This document shows positions 11,141 to 21,608 of a DNA stretch of 64,000 nucleotides, one piece after another (the stretch's first letter is position 1; each line of letters starts with the position of its first letter). Position numbers and translations under genes: made by a program. Source of the stretch: Pachysolen tannophilus NRRL Y-2460. Lineage: Eukaryota. The notes below the pieces were generated by a model, which did not search any database, was not told the origin of the DNA, and saw only the letters and a list, made by a program, of their open reading frames with translations. The stretch lies in contig KV454017.1 in NCBI GenBank assembly GCA_001661245.1, forward strand, positions 487,061 to 551,060. The letters run 5' to 3'.

Positions 11141-11838
11141 GATATAGTGCAAAAATGAAATTGAAAAATATTTGAAAAATTTTGGAAAAATTATGTGACA
11201 ATGAATAAATATATGTATATATATAGAAATGAAAAATAATGATAATAATACTGAATATGATTTTTTTTTTTATGATAATTTTCTCCGTAACAATTAGATA
11301 CTATATGTGCATGACTTTAATACCCAAACCTATGTATATATGACAAAAAAAACCCACAATTTTCATCTATTGAATCACTGGTGATATCTTTTGTAAATTC
11401 CAAAAAAAATTCTATAATTTATAAACAAATATTCCTTTCAAAATCAAAAAAAAAAAAAAAAATAAATTTATTCCTTAATTGACAACCTCTGATTACTCCA
11501 AACAAGATAAATAAAATCAATGAACTCACTCTATAATCACAGCTCCTAATACTATTGAATTTATTTATAATTAAATGTTCTTGTCGTTCTTGTAGTTCTT
11601 GTTGTTGTTGTTAATATTTTAAGATCTTTTTTTTTTTTTTTCTGTGTAAAAAATTTTCCTTTTTCCTTTTCCAATCAAAACTGGTACAAATAATTAAAAA
11701 AAACCGAAAACAGTTTTGGAAAAAACCTTTTTAAAGAAGAATTTATATAAAAATAAATATATTTTAGTTATTGTTTAAAAGAGGTTTCAGGAAAATCAAT
11801 AGTGATTATCTATAAATATCAAATCAGATATATATAAA

Positions 11839-11869
<31 letters not shown>

Positions 11870-11950
11870 GTTAAACAAAGACTTAGTGTTGACTTTAACG
11901 CTGTTGATTTTAAATCCGTATTGACGTTTAAAATTTGAGTGTTTTTGGTG

Positions 11951-13303
11951 ATGAAAAAAATGAACCAAATGGGGATAATTGGTCGTGCTCCGCTTACCAG
12001 AAATCTTAGAAAATATTCCTTATTTAGGAAGGCGGCGGTGGTGCTAGCGCCGCACGATATGGTGCAAATGCATATGGTGCATATGGTGCATACGGTGAAG
12101 ATGGTGAAGCCGATGTTTAGTCTGAGGCGAGGTTATAAGGTTTTAGCGATAGAAAGTTCATGCGATGACTCGTGTGTTGCGCTTTTGGATAGGGATGATA
12201 AGTTGAATCAGACAATAGTGGTTGATCAGTTAAAATCTACACTTGATTCTGCTGGTTCAGGAGGTGTTATACCAACAGCTGCTCATTTACATCATCAAGA
12301 AAACCTTTCGAAACTAGTTTCCAGTTTGTGTATGAAACACGGATTATCCCATAAGAGTCCTCCTGATTTGATATGTGTAACACGAGGTCCAGGAATGCCT
12401 GGATCTCTTAGTATTGGAACAGAATTAGCTAAAGGTTTAAGTATAGCATGGAATAAACCTCTTATTGGAGTGCATCATATGTTGGGACATCTTTTAATTC
12501 TGAGATTGCAAAACAATGGCAAAAGTCCAGAATTCCCATTTTTAAGTTTGTTGGTAAGTGGTGGGCATACGTTATTGGTACTTTCACGTAATTTATTACA
12601 ACATGATATTTTGGTTGATACTTTAGATATAGCTGCAGGAGATGCCTTGGATAAATGTGCTAGAGAAATTGGTATTAGTGGGAACATGATTGGAAAAGAA
12701 TTAGAAAAATTTCTTGAAGAAAATAGGAATTTCTTAACACAAGAAATATTATCAAAATATAAAGATATTGAATTTACAATGCCATTGAGAAATAAACCAG
12801 GAAGATCAAATTTAGAAAAATTCTCATTTGCTCCATTTTCAGGTCAAACAAAAAAAATTTTAGCAAATAAAAGAAATGAAAATTTGAATATGAATTTGAA
12901 CTCGGATTTGGATTTGAATTTGGAGTTCAAAACTATTTTAGGTTTTAAAATTCAAGATTCAATTTTTAAACATTTATTGGAAAAAATACAATTATCGTTG
13001 AAATTAGATAATTTTAAAGAACTGGATAATAAAATTTTTACAAACGTTAAAGAATTTGTTTGTTCTGGTGGAGTAGGATCAAATTTATATTTAAGAAAAT
13101 TGTTAAAAGAAGGTTTACCTGCATTTGAAAAATTTCATTTTCCCGATCCAAAGCTTTGTACTGATAATGCAATAATGATTGGATGGGCAGGAATTGAATT
13201 ATATGAAAAGTACGGACTCACAAGTGATCTTAGTATAACTCCACTTCGTAAATGGCCATTAACTAATATCACAGATGTTGATGGATGGATTAAAAAAGGA
13301 TAA
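11951..13303 (+). CDS. QRI7: mitochondrial tRNA N6-threonylcarbamoyltransferase (Kae1/TsaD family)
   Basis: YKVLAIESSCDDSCVA, VTRGPGMPGSL, GVHHMLGH, SLLVSGGHT, GDALDKCARE, CSGGVGSN, CTDNAIMIGWAG; Arg-rich N-terminal presequence; convergent with NSE4 as in S. cerevisiae. Confidence 0.93.
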   Translation: MKKMNQMGIIGRAPLTRNLRKYSLFRKAAVVLAPHDMVQMHMVHMVHTVKMVKPMFSLRRGYKVLAIESSCDDSCVALLDRDDKLNQTIVVDQLKSTLDSAGSGGVIPTAAHLHHQENLSKLVSSLCMKHGLSHKSPPDLICVTRGPGMPGSLSIGTELAKGLSIAWNKPLIGVHHMLGHLLILRLQNNGKSPEFPFLSLLVSGGHTLLVLSRNLLQHDILVDTLDIAAGDALDKCAREIGISGNMIGKELEKFLEENRNFLTQEILSKYKDIEFTMPLRNKPGRSNLEKFSFAPFSGQTKKILANKRNENLNMNLNSDLDLNLEFKTILGFKIQDSIFKHLLEKIQLSLKLDNFKELDNKIFTNVKEFVCSGGVGSNLYLRKLLKEGLPAFEKFHFPDPKLCTDNAIMIGWAGIELYEKYGLTSDLSITPLRKWPLTNITDVDGWIKKG

Positions 13304-13405
13304 GGATAAAAGTTTTTAAATCATGCTCTTGTATATAAATAAATTTCTTTTTTTTTAATATTGTACAGTAAAACAAAAATAATAATGTATTATACAAAAT
13401 CATAT

Positions 13406-14777
13406 TTATTCATCTGAATGATCTCTCTCGGATCGATCTCCCAAAAATGACTCAGTAATGTTATAAGTTTCAATTAATTTTTGCCAAGTATCATACTCCA
13501 TTCTAAATATTAAATGTGTCTTCTCTATTGTCTTTGAGCTAGCAGCGTTACCATTTTTTGAAAAATATTGCGGTAATTCCAGAACATTTTCCTTGGTTAC
13601 CTCTTGAATAGTTGGAATTCCATTTTTATCCTTATCTAATATCAATCTATTGTTATTGATTAAAAAACTAGTATAAAATAAATTTTCAATTGACTGAGAA
13701 AAAGATTTTGGATTTATGAAAAATTTAAACAAATTCATCTTTCTACCACTTTGCTTCTTTTTAATTATGTCAAAACATTTGATAGATGCAGAATATGTAT
13801 CCTTATCCGTATCATGCTTGAAATCAGATGCAGCTATTTGTGTTGGCTTCACAGCTTGACCAGTTTTAAGATAGTCTCTTTCTCTAACTACTTGTCTTCT
13901 CGGTTTTTGTTCAATTTCTAGTGGGCCTAATAAGAAATCTATAGTCGGAGCTTGGAAACTATGTTTGAAATATAATGAACTAAGTTTTCCCCAATTAAAC
14001 GTACTAAATGCTGCATCAGCATCCAGACTTCTATTTATATCACCTTGATAGAAAAGACCACCACCACCACCATTTCGGTCATAGTCTTCATCGTCATTAT
14101 CATCCTCATTTACAGCTTCAAACTCTTCGCGTTGACTATTATTTTTTTTGGCATATAAAGCAAATTTTTTCAAAAAATCATCAAAGTCTAATCCTTTCTC
14201 AGTAGCTCCCAATCTTAAATTTGTTATACCTATTTTCGCCTGCGATCCAATCTCTTTGAAAGCTTTTGAGTCTAAATTACTGATTTCATTAATCGATGAA
14301 TCGTTTATTTTCTTGGTATTTTCATACAATGAATTTACTTTTAATAAACTTTCCGTCACTATTCTAACACCACCTTCTCGTGCAACTTGTGCCCTCTCAC
14401 CTGATAACCAGTTAGTACTTATATATTGATGAAAAAACCATACCAACATAAATTATATATATATTAAAATCATACTTACTTACAAGGTTATCAGATAATT
14501 GTCTGTAACCCTCTATTGTCTTTCCAATGAAATTATCAAATTGTTTCTGTGTCATTGTTATTCCTTCATGATCTTCCTCATCTTCAGAATCCTCTTCTTC
14601 TTCTTCGTCGTCGTCATCATCATCATCTTCTTCTTCTTCTTCTTCTTCCTCATTATCTTCGTTTTCACTTATATGTACTCCATTGGATTTATATCTTTTT
14701 ATATCTTGATTCCCATCCTCCTCAGATGACCTTCTTTTCACCGAGTTCATTGCTGACTTTATTCCTGATGCCAACAT
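13406..14777 (-). CDS. NSE4: Smc5/6 kleisin subunit Nse4; two exons (14777-14480 and 14400-13406)
   Basis: C-terminal MNLFKFFINPKSFSQSIENLFYTSFLI motif and FLLGPL. Two track ORFs join in frame through a canonical intron, giving ...DNLV-S-ERAQ... Confidence 0.87.
14401..14479 (-). other. spliceosomal intron in NSE4 (79 nt, phase 1)
   Basis: Minus strand GTAAGT ... TACTAAC tggttat CAG; removing it restores the frame. Confidence 0.85.
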
Positions 14778-14848
14778 CAAGATTATGTGAACTTAACTAT
14801 GTTTCAGAAAGATTAACTGTATTATGGTTATGTTATACAAAAATTACT

Positions 14849-14854
14849 ACGCGT
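14849..14854. promoter_or_regulatory. MCB element (MBF site) upstream of NSE4
   Basis: ACGCGT about 70 bp upstream of the NSE4 ATG in otherwise very AT-rich DNA; MBF controls G1/S chromosome-maintenance genes. Confidence 0.5.
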
Positions 14855-14992
14855 TTTAATTTTTTATTTTTTTTATTTTTTCATTTTTTCATATTTTTAT
14901 ATTTTTGATTAATTACATATATACTAAAAGTTTGAGCTTCAAATTTTTTACTATTGAATATTATATAGAGTTAAAAGCTTGTTTAAGGGCCT

Positions 14993-16999
14993 TTACCACA
15001 CGTTGCCTCTCAACTTATAGTTGAACCAATCGTCCAAACCCCTTTCTTTTACTTTTATGTCATCTACAGATCTTAGCTCAGTGATAACATTGAAAATCTT
15101 CAAATACCTCAAACTTTGACAATTTTGTTTAATCTTCTGTGCTATTTCTGTTATTGTACCGATGTTCAAGTTAAATTCTTCTAACTTGAAGTCATTTCCT
15201 TGATCTTCAACTGTTAAGCTGTTAAGGGAGCTGAGGGATGAATTGAGGGACAGATATGTACTTTGAGAAGGAGACACCAATAATGTACCTAGGTGTCTAT
15301 TATAATTGCTCGCTATCCCATCGTTGGCTCCATTAGTCTCGTAGTTCGCCGATGTGTTAAATTCACTGAATATGATTTCTAGAAATTCTAAGTTTTTGAA
15401 ATTTTCTAAACACTCGTTTATGAAAAATGATAAGTTTACAATTGATAAGGGCAATCTCAAGTTATGTAAATTCTTCAAGTTTATCAAATAATCCGCCAAA
15501 ATTATAATATTCAATGGCTTGATATAATAGTCATTAGATTTCCCAAGATGAGTCTCGTCTCGCTGTTGTTGTTGTTCACCTTCTTGAAACATAACTAAAT
15601 TGTTATTATTTTGATGGTTCTGAGCTTCGTTTTTAGTATCTATTAATAAATTTGTCATTGTATTTTTATGTTTTAAAATTGATTCAAAATAAATACTGCA
15701 TAAACCATCCCATGATATATTGTGAACTCTTTCTCTGCTCAGATCCCATCTAATATCAACGTATAATTTGCGAAGGTTTGATATCGAAGAAATCAATTCT
15801 GGAATGCAATCTCTTAATTCATTGTAAAAATCAATATTTAATTCTTCAACATTTGATAAATATGGTGCTAAATCTGTTAAAAAAAATTTTTCATTATTAT
15901 AATGTCTATGTCTGTCTGAATCAACCAACTCTGTAATATTCAATAATGTCAATTTTTGTAAATTTTCCAAATATACAGCATTCGACAAGATTTTTGAATC
16001 TGATGAAGTTAATACAAAACTGTCAAGTCTTATTTCTAATAATTTTAGTTTTCTATTAACAGTGATATTATCTTTGAATAAGTTTTTAATTATATTATTT
16101 TCTTCAGAAGTTTCAGTTGTAGAAATTGTAATATTATTTCTATTTGAACTGTTTCTAAAAATCAAACTGAAATCATTTTGCGACAAATCATTTGTCATAT
16201 CATTATTAAAATACTTATTGAATCTATCCTGTAGATAATTAAAATCTATATCTATCAGGTTAATGACTTGATAATTATTGGGGAAAACAATTCTGTTATT
16301 TTTAGAAATTTCCAAAAATTTCAAATTCTTCTTCAAAGGTAATAAAACTCCATTTAACAGGTTTGATGAAGAAAGAAAATTTTCTATAGATATTTTATTT
16401 AAATTTTTAAAATTATCATTTAAATTCTTTATCGATAAATTATTTTGTAATGATTTTTTTTGCCTTTGATTAACACTAAAATCTCCATTAATTGCTATTA
16501 ACCTGTCATTATTTTTGGGTAAATAATTGATTAATTCAAGTAAATTAATAAAACAAGAATTATAATGGAAATTTAAAGATTTTAAATTTATCAATAATGG
16601 AAATAATTTCTTAAAATATTTTAATAATTCAAATTCCAATAAATGATCTGGTAATTTTTTATAAATCTCTAAATACTCAACAAATCCAATTAAACTTGGA
16701 TTTTTGAATAAAGTCTTGAAAAAAAGTTTTAACCCATGATTTGTTCTAATCACTGTCGATTTGTAGTACTTGCAAACTATTTTATCATTATAACTATACT
16801 TGATTAAACTTAAATCATTAAAATCTAACAACTCTTTATGGTAATAGTTTGTTGATGAATCGATTATAATTGCCCTGTACAATTTTTTCCTCACTATTGA
16901 TGATAATGATTTATTGGTTAACAATAAATGATAGCAATCTGTTTGCGGTAAGCAATCAATAACAACTGATAACAACTCCACAGGTAAGTTATCAATCAT
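14993..16999 (-). CDS. F-box domain protein with degenerate leucine-rich/RNI-like region, function unknown
   Basis: N-terminal IDNLPVELLSVVIDCLPQ.D..HLLLTNKSL..IVRKKLYR F-box pattern; repeated NL..L.L motifs; 668 codons open. Confidence 0.72.
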   Translation of the reverse strand: MIDNLPVELLSVVIDCLPQTDCYHLLLTNKSLSSIVRKKLYRAIIIDSSTNYYHKELLDFNDLSLIKYSYNDKIVCKYYKSTVIRTNHGLKLFFKTLFKNPSLIGFVEYLEIYKKLPDHLLEFELLKYFKKLFPLLINLKSLNFHYNSCFINLLELINYLPKNNDRLIAINGDFSVNQRQKKSLQNNLSIKNLNDNFKNLNKISIENFLSSSNLLNGVLLPLKKNLKFLEISKNNRIVFPNNYQVINLIDIDFNYLQDRFNKYFNNDMTNDLSQNDFSLIFRNSSNRNNITISTTETSEENNIIKNLFKDNITVNRKLKLLEIRLDSFVLTSSDSKILSNAVYLENLQKLTLLNITELVDSDRHRHYNNEKFFLTDLAPYLSNVEELNIDFYNELRDCIPELISSISNLRKLYVDIRWDLSRERVHNISWDGLCSIYFESILKHKNTMTNLLIDTKNEAQNHQNNNNLVMFQEGEQQQQRDETHLGKSNDYYIKPLNIIILADYLINLKNLHNLRLPLSIVNLSFFINECLENFKNLEFLEIIFSEFNTSANYETNGANDGIASNYNRHLGTLLVSPSQSTYLSLNSSLSSLNSLTVEDQGNDFKLEEFNLNIGTITEIAQKIKQNCQSLRYLKIFNVITELRSVDDIKVKERGLDDWFNYKLRGNVW

Positions 17000-17644
17000 T
17001 CTCAACTGAAAAATACGCCTTTTTTGCTTTTTACCTAAATCCTAAACTTTTCCATCTCTCTCATTAATGAATCGTCATGGAATTCATGATAATATATATA
17101 GTATATATCGTTATTGAAAACGTTTGATAATTTTTTATAAATCACGTAAAATTTAATGACTAGAACTTGTATAAGAGCGATAATTCCTTAGCGAAATGCA
17201 GAAGAGTTCAAGGTAAAATAAATCACCGGTAAAGGAGTTAATGACAAGTTTGACCAGTTATTTATTTTCAAAAAATTTCAATAGTTCTTATTAAAAAATT
17301 ATCTGGAATTAAAATTCTTCCTATTTTTCCTTTATTTAACTTTAAAATATCGAAACTACAGTATTGCTAACCTAAAACTATTTAAACTGTAATTACACTA
17401 TAGACGGAAACCCTGAATCTCAGAAAAAAAACAAATTACACTTTTTCCTACCAGAAATTTTAGCAAAAAAGAAAAAAAAATCTGAGATGTTGATTCAAAG
17501 GCTCGCCAATCTCAACTACAGATAAAAGAAATCAATATTGTTGATTTCAAAAAGACTAATGGTTGAATTTCATCTTATGATAATGGGCTCAAACCTAGTA
17601 GCGCTACCAATTGTAAAGATGTGATCGTGTGAAGTCCATCTAAG

Positions 17645-17660
17645 TTTCCTAAAAGGGAAA
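17645..17660. promoter_or_regulatory. candidate Mcm1 site upstream of the F-box gene
   Basis: TTTCCTAAAAGGGAAA, near-palindromic TTTCC-N6-GGAAA. Confidence 0.5.
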
Positions 17661-17683
17661 TATGCTGTTAAAAGTTAAGATGA

Positions 17684-17767
17684 CCTACACCACTCACACC
17701 ACTCACACCACTCACACCATCTACACCATCTACACTATTTACGTTACCTATACCTTTTACACCATTC
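17684..17767 (-). repeat. 9-bp tandem array (AGTGGTGTG / GATGGTGTA on the minus strand)
   Basis: Plus strand reads ctacaccact cacaccact cacaccact cacaccatc tacaccatc tacact..., decaying rightwards. Confidence 0.88.
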
Positions 17768-18076
17768 ATTGCAAAGATATTGATAAACATAATTTCCATA
17801 GGAGATCCAATTCTCTGTTATGTCCATCAAGAAAGATTATATATGAAATACAGAACTTTATTTAAATAAAAAAAAATTTCTTTTTAAAAGAATATTAAAT
17901 TAAAAATGTATAATATATATAGTAAGATATATAATAACCAAAAACTTGTAAAAGTCTCTAATATCTATACACTTAAGAATATGATGCAAGAAGAAATAGA
18001 AATAGTGAAACTCTTGGATTTCAATTAAAAAAAAAAAAAAAAAGCTATTTTTTGTTATGAACTTGTTCCTTGTTTC

Positions 18077-18693
18077 TTATATATCATTACCTTGCAATTC
18101 GCACATTTTTTGATGATGTTCAATATCATTAGTTTCCCAAGGATAACAAATCCAAGAATCTGGAACATCTTTTGAGAAATATCTACCCTTTTGTGTGATA
18201 TAGTCTGGTAATTGTTCTTTTTTTCTTTTAATTTGTTGTGACATACGAAAACTCCAAATTTTGTATTCTTTGGGTCACCACCCTTTTCCTTACATTGCTT
18301 AGCAAGATCTTTCTCTAATTCAGATAAAGCATAGTGTAAAGTCTTGCGAGTATCATCAACTTCATCAATGATAAGTACATTTTTGTTAATCAAATCAACT
18401 CCCGATTGGTCATAGTCTATCCATTGAACCCTTTTCACCTGTACACCAGGTGCTTCTTCTGCAGTTGACACAGTACCTAAATCTTCATATAGCGATAATA
18501 TTATAGCATAAATCCTTAAAGTTGGTTTACCCAGCTCTTTTAAACATGTTCTTAACATTCTAGCCGGAATAAAACCACCACCACCAATTGCAATCATTAA
18601 ATCAGGTTTAAATTCCTTGATTTTTGGTGCAATATCTTGGCACATCTTATGAATGTGATTATAAGAAATATAAATCTTGTTTTCTTCGCCCAT
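18077..18693 (-). CDS. HPT1: hypoxanthine-guanine/xanthine phosphoribosyltransferase (Hpt1/Xpt1), with a 1-nt frameshift at 18218-18224
   Basis: KIYISYNHIH, IAIGGGGFIPARMLR, PRPP-binding VLIIDEVDDTRKTL. The conserved tail LP...GRYF.KDVPDSWICYPWET.DI..H.......QGND lies in the -1 frame and ends at TAA 18077. Adjacent to UTP5 as in S. cerevisiae. Confidence 0.88.
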
Positions 18694-18913
18694 TCTAATA
18701 TATACTTCTAGGAAATCAATTAACTATGGGCAAACTTATAAAGAATATATATATATATATATATACTTTTAAAGATAAGATAGTAGTTTCGAACAAGCTG
18801 CATCTTAGAAAGTTAGTGAGCAAATTTGAGAAGTAGTGTTAGTGTTTACAAAAGATATCTCTACATTAAAGCAAAGTACAATAAGAATAGTTCTAATAAT
18901 GTATTGTATATCT

Positions 18914-21082
18914 CTATTTACTAGCTATTTTCTTCTTGGACTTTAAGCTATTAATCTTTCTTCTTAACAGTTTCTCTTCTTCTTCTTCGCTATCAAGATC
19001 TTTGTTAATTTTTTGTTTATTAGTATCAACCTCAACATCACTATAATTATCTTCTTCATCGGAGATTGTAGCGATTTGTTGTTTGAGTTCATCATCTTCT
19101 TCATCTTCTTCTTCTTCTGATTCACCTTCAAGTTCAACATAATCATCTTGTAAATCATCCATGTCCAAATCAGAATCATCTTGATAGTCATCTTCTAAAA
19201 TACCGTTGTTATCCAATTCTTCAATATATTCAACGTCATCTTCTTCTTCATCTTCATTGGCATCATCACCGCTAGCTATAAATTCACCATTGTCAATTTT
19301 GAAGATACTTTTCTTGATTTCCAAATTTTCTAAAACCATATCAATCTTACCGTTCAATTCCAATAATCTATTTAGAGTTAAGGACCTTCTATGTAATGTG
19401 GAATGTAATACATTTAAATTTTTAGTCAAATTAGGGTAAGTACTTAAAAATCCTCCACAAATTACCAATAACCATTTGATCCAAATATTCAAGACTGATT
19501 GTTTATTTGAATTTCTTGCAATACGCTCAGATAATCTGTTCAATAAAGGAATAACATACTCGTTCGATAATTTTGCAATAGTTCTCTTAATCAATGTTTC
19601 ATCTTTATTACCTAATACAGACTCTAATAATGCATGATCGTTTGATTTTAATGCTTGAGTTAATATAACTGTCAAGGTACCAGTTGAAGCTCTTTGCTGA
19701 TGTTTTTTACTTCTTTCATTTTGTTGTTGTTGTGGTTGTAATGATAATGGTAAAGATTCTAATTTTTCTGCCAAAGTTTTTTCATCTTCATCTTCAGATA
19801 ATTCAAGATCTTTAAAATTATCACCAGATTGAATAATAGCATTTCCCTCATTATAATGTTTAGCAGAGGCAATATCATGACCAAAAAGAGAATGTTCACT
19901 AATTTTTAAATTCGATGGTTTTAATTTATTTAAAATCAAATCTTGTGAAATTTTAAATTGATTATCTTCGAACCAAGTAATTTTTTCGAAAAAGGGTATA
20001 TTTGAATCTTCTAACCATGTAAAAATTAATTTATTTTTCAAAACTAATGATAAATTTATTGATAATTTTTCATTTAAAGGATTATTATTTAATGGTCTTT
20101 GAATTTTAATTTGTAAATCTGAATTTTTTGAAGTTGTACGAATTCTTGCCTTTTTAGAAATAATTTTTGATGGACTATTATTATTTGATATAATATTTTT
20201 ATCCGTTGCTAATGGATTTTTGAAAACTTCAATTAAACCATCTTCTGTAACAACTGTTAATAATTGATTTTTATTAAATTCATCAAATGAAATACTAGCA
20301 ACATTAGATTGTGCTACTAATACATTTTCAATTTTTTTAGTAGTTAAAGAATAAATGTTAATAAATCTATCACCACCAGCACTTGTTAAAAATAAATCAT
20401 GATTCAGTAATTTTAAAAGAGTATGTATAGTTGAAATATGACCTGGGAAATTTATTAAAATTTCTGTTGGTTTTGTTAAATCCACAAGATAAACGTTATA
20501 TGAACCAACCAATAAATGTACTTTATTTTTAAAAATAATAGTAGTTAAAGTAGATAATGGTTCATTATTATCATTAAATTCCAATTTAAAATTTCTAATT
20601 TGAATAAAATTTATTATATCCCATTCAATAATATTACCATTAAGATCTATAGAAAATCCTGTTGATGTAATCCTTGAATAATGGAAATAAACAATCCCAA
20701 CCCCAAATGGTGATTTTAAAGTTGCAATAATATCATTTTGAACTGGTGAATAAATTAAAACATTCCCATTATTTAAACTTATAGAAAGAAATTGTGTTTC
20801 TAAATTAATCAATTCTTGAGGATTAAATTTTTTTTTCTTCAACTGATGTTGTTCCTTTGACACTAACGCTGATGATGATGATGATGATGATGACGGCAAC
20901 AACCCCCAACTCAAATGCTGGATCTGAAGACCTTTATCCAAAGTAAAACTATTCGAAAGAACATTTGTAGATGATGGATCAATAGATTGAATTCTTAACT
21001 TGTGAGAATCTAAAGATACTATGGAACTAGCCAAGTAAGACCCTGTAAGATCAAAAGAAGATGCCACTAACGGTTGATCCAT
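18914..21082 (-). CDS. UTP5: U3 snoRNP/SSU processome t-UTP subunit Utp5 (WD40 + Utp12 domain, acidic tail)
   Basis: FPGHISTI..DRFINIY WD repeat, Y.EGNAII.SGDNFK, GTLTVILTQALKSNDHALLESVL, D/E-rich tail; divergent from NCB2. Confidence 0.9.
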   Translation of the reverse strand: MDQPLVASSFDLTGSYLASSIVSLDSHKLRIQSIDPSSTNVLSNSFTLDKGLQIQHLSWGLLPSSSSSSSSALVSKEQHQLKKKKFNPQELINLETQFLSISLNNGNVLIYSPVQNDIIATLKSPFGVGIVYFHYSRITSTGFSIDLNGNIIEWDIINFIQIRNFKLEFNDNNEPLSTLTTIIFKNKVHLLVGSYNVYLVDLTKPTEILINFPGHISTIHTLLKLLNHDLFLTSAGGDRFINIYSLTTKKIENVLVAQSNVASISFDEFNKNQLLTVVTEDGLIEVFKNPLATDKNIISNNNSPSKIISKKARIRTTSKNSDLQIKIQRPLNNNPLNEKLSINLSLVLKNKLIFTWLEDSNIPFFEKITWFEDNQFKISQDLILNKLKPSNLKISEHSLFGHDIASAKHYNEGNAIIQSGDNFKDLELSEDEDEKTLAEKLESLPLSLQPQQQQNERSKKHQQRASTGTLTVILTQALKSNDHALLESVLGNKDETLIKRTIAKLSNEYVIPLLNRLSERIARNSNKQSVLNIWIKWLLVICGGFLSTYPNLTKNLNVLHSTLHRRSLTLNRLLELNGKIDMVLENLEIKKSIFKIDNGEFIASGDDANEDEEEDDVEYIEELDNNGILEDDYQDDSDLDMDDLQDDYVELEGESEEEEDEEDDELKQQIATISDEEDNYSDVEVDTNKQKINKDLDSEEEEEKLLRRKINSLKSKKKIASK

Positions 21083-21215
21083 AACCCCTTAACCTAAATT
21101 TATATATAGATATATATATATTCTATAATATAATAATATATTTTATATAATATATTATCACTCTCTTACAAATAAAAAGATCTAACTTGTTAAATTATTA
21201 ATTATCAATTACTAG

Positions 21216-21348
21216 TTACCCGTTTACCTTAATACACTTCTACCCTTAATATAAACCCATCCACCTTAATTTACCGCTTAAAATTTTTTTTCAATAAAAA
21301 GAAGTAAAAAAAAAAAAAAAAAATTTTTCAATTTTACAAAGTGATGAG
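21216..21348. promoter_or_regulatory. ribosome-biogenesis promoter elements in the UTP5/NCB2 divergent promoter: Reb1-like TTACCCG (21216-22), RRPE AAATTTTTCA (21321-30), PAC GATGAG (21343-48)
   Basis: Motifs read directly; an RRPE+PAC pair is expected upstream of UTP genes. Confidence 0.65.
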
Positions 21349-21540
21349 CTTTCCGAAAACAGTTATTTTGATATTTACTTTACGACTGTGTTAATTTGGT
21401 ATTTTTGTTTCTTCAAATTGCGGTGAATAAAAGTATAAATATATATAGATATATATAGAAGATATAAATATATATATGAGTAATTATTAATTAGTGATAT
21501 AATAGGTGGAAAAGGTATTGATTGATATTTTTTTATAAAA

Positions 21541-21572
<32 letters not shown>

Positions 21573-21608
21573 TATAATAGATAATATTTTGTTTGTTTGT
21601 TTGGAAGG

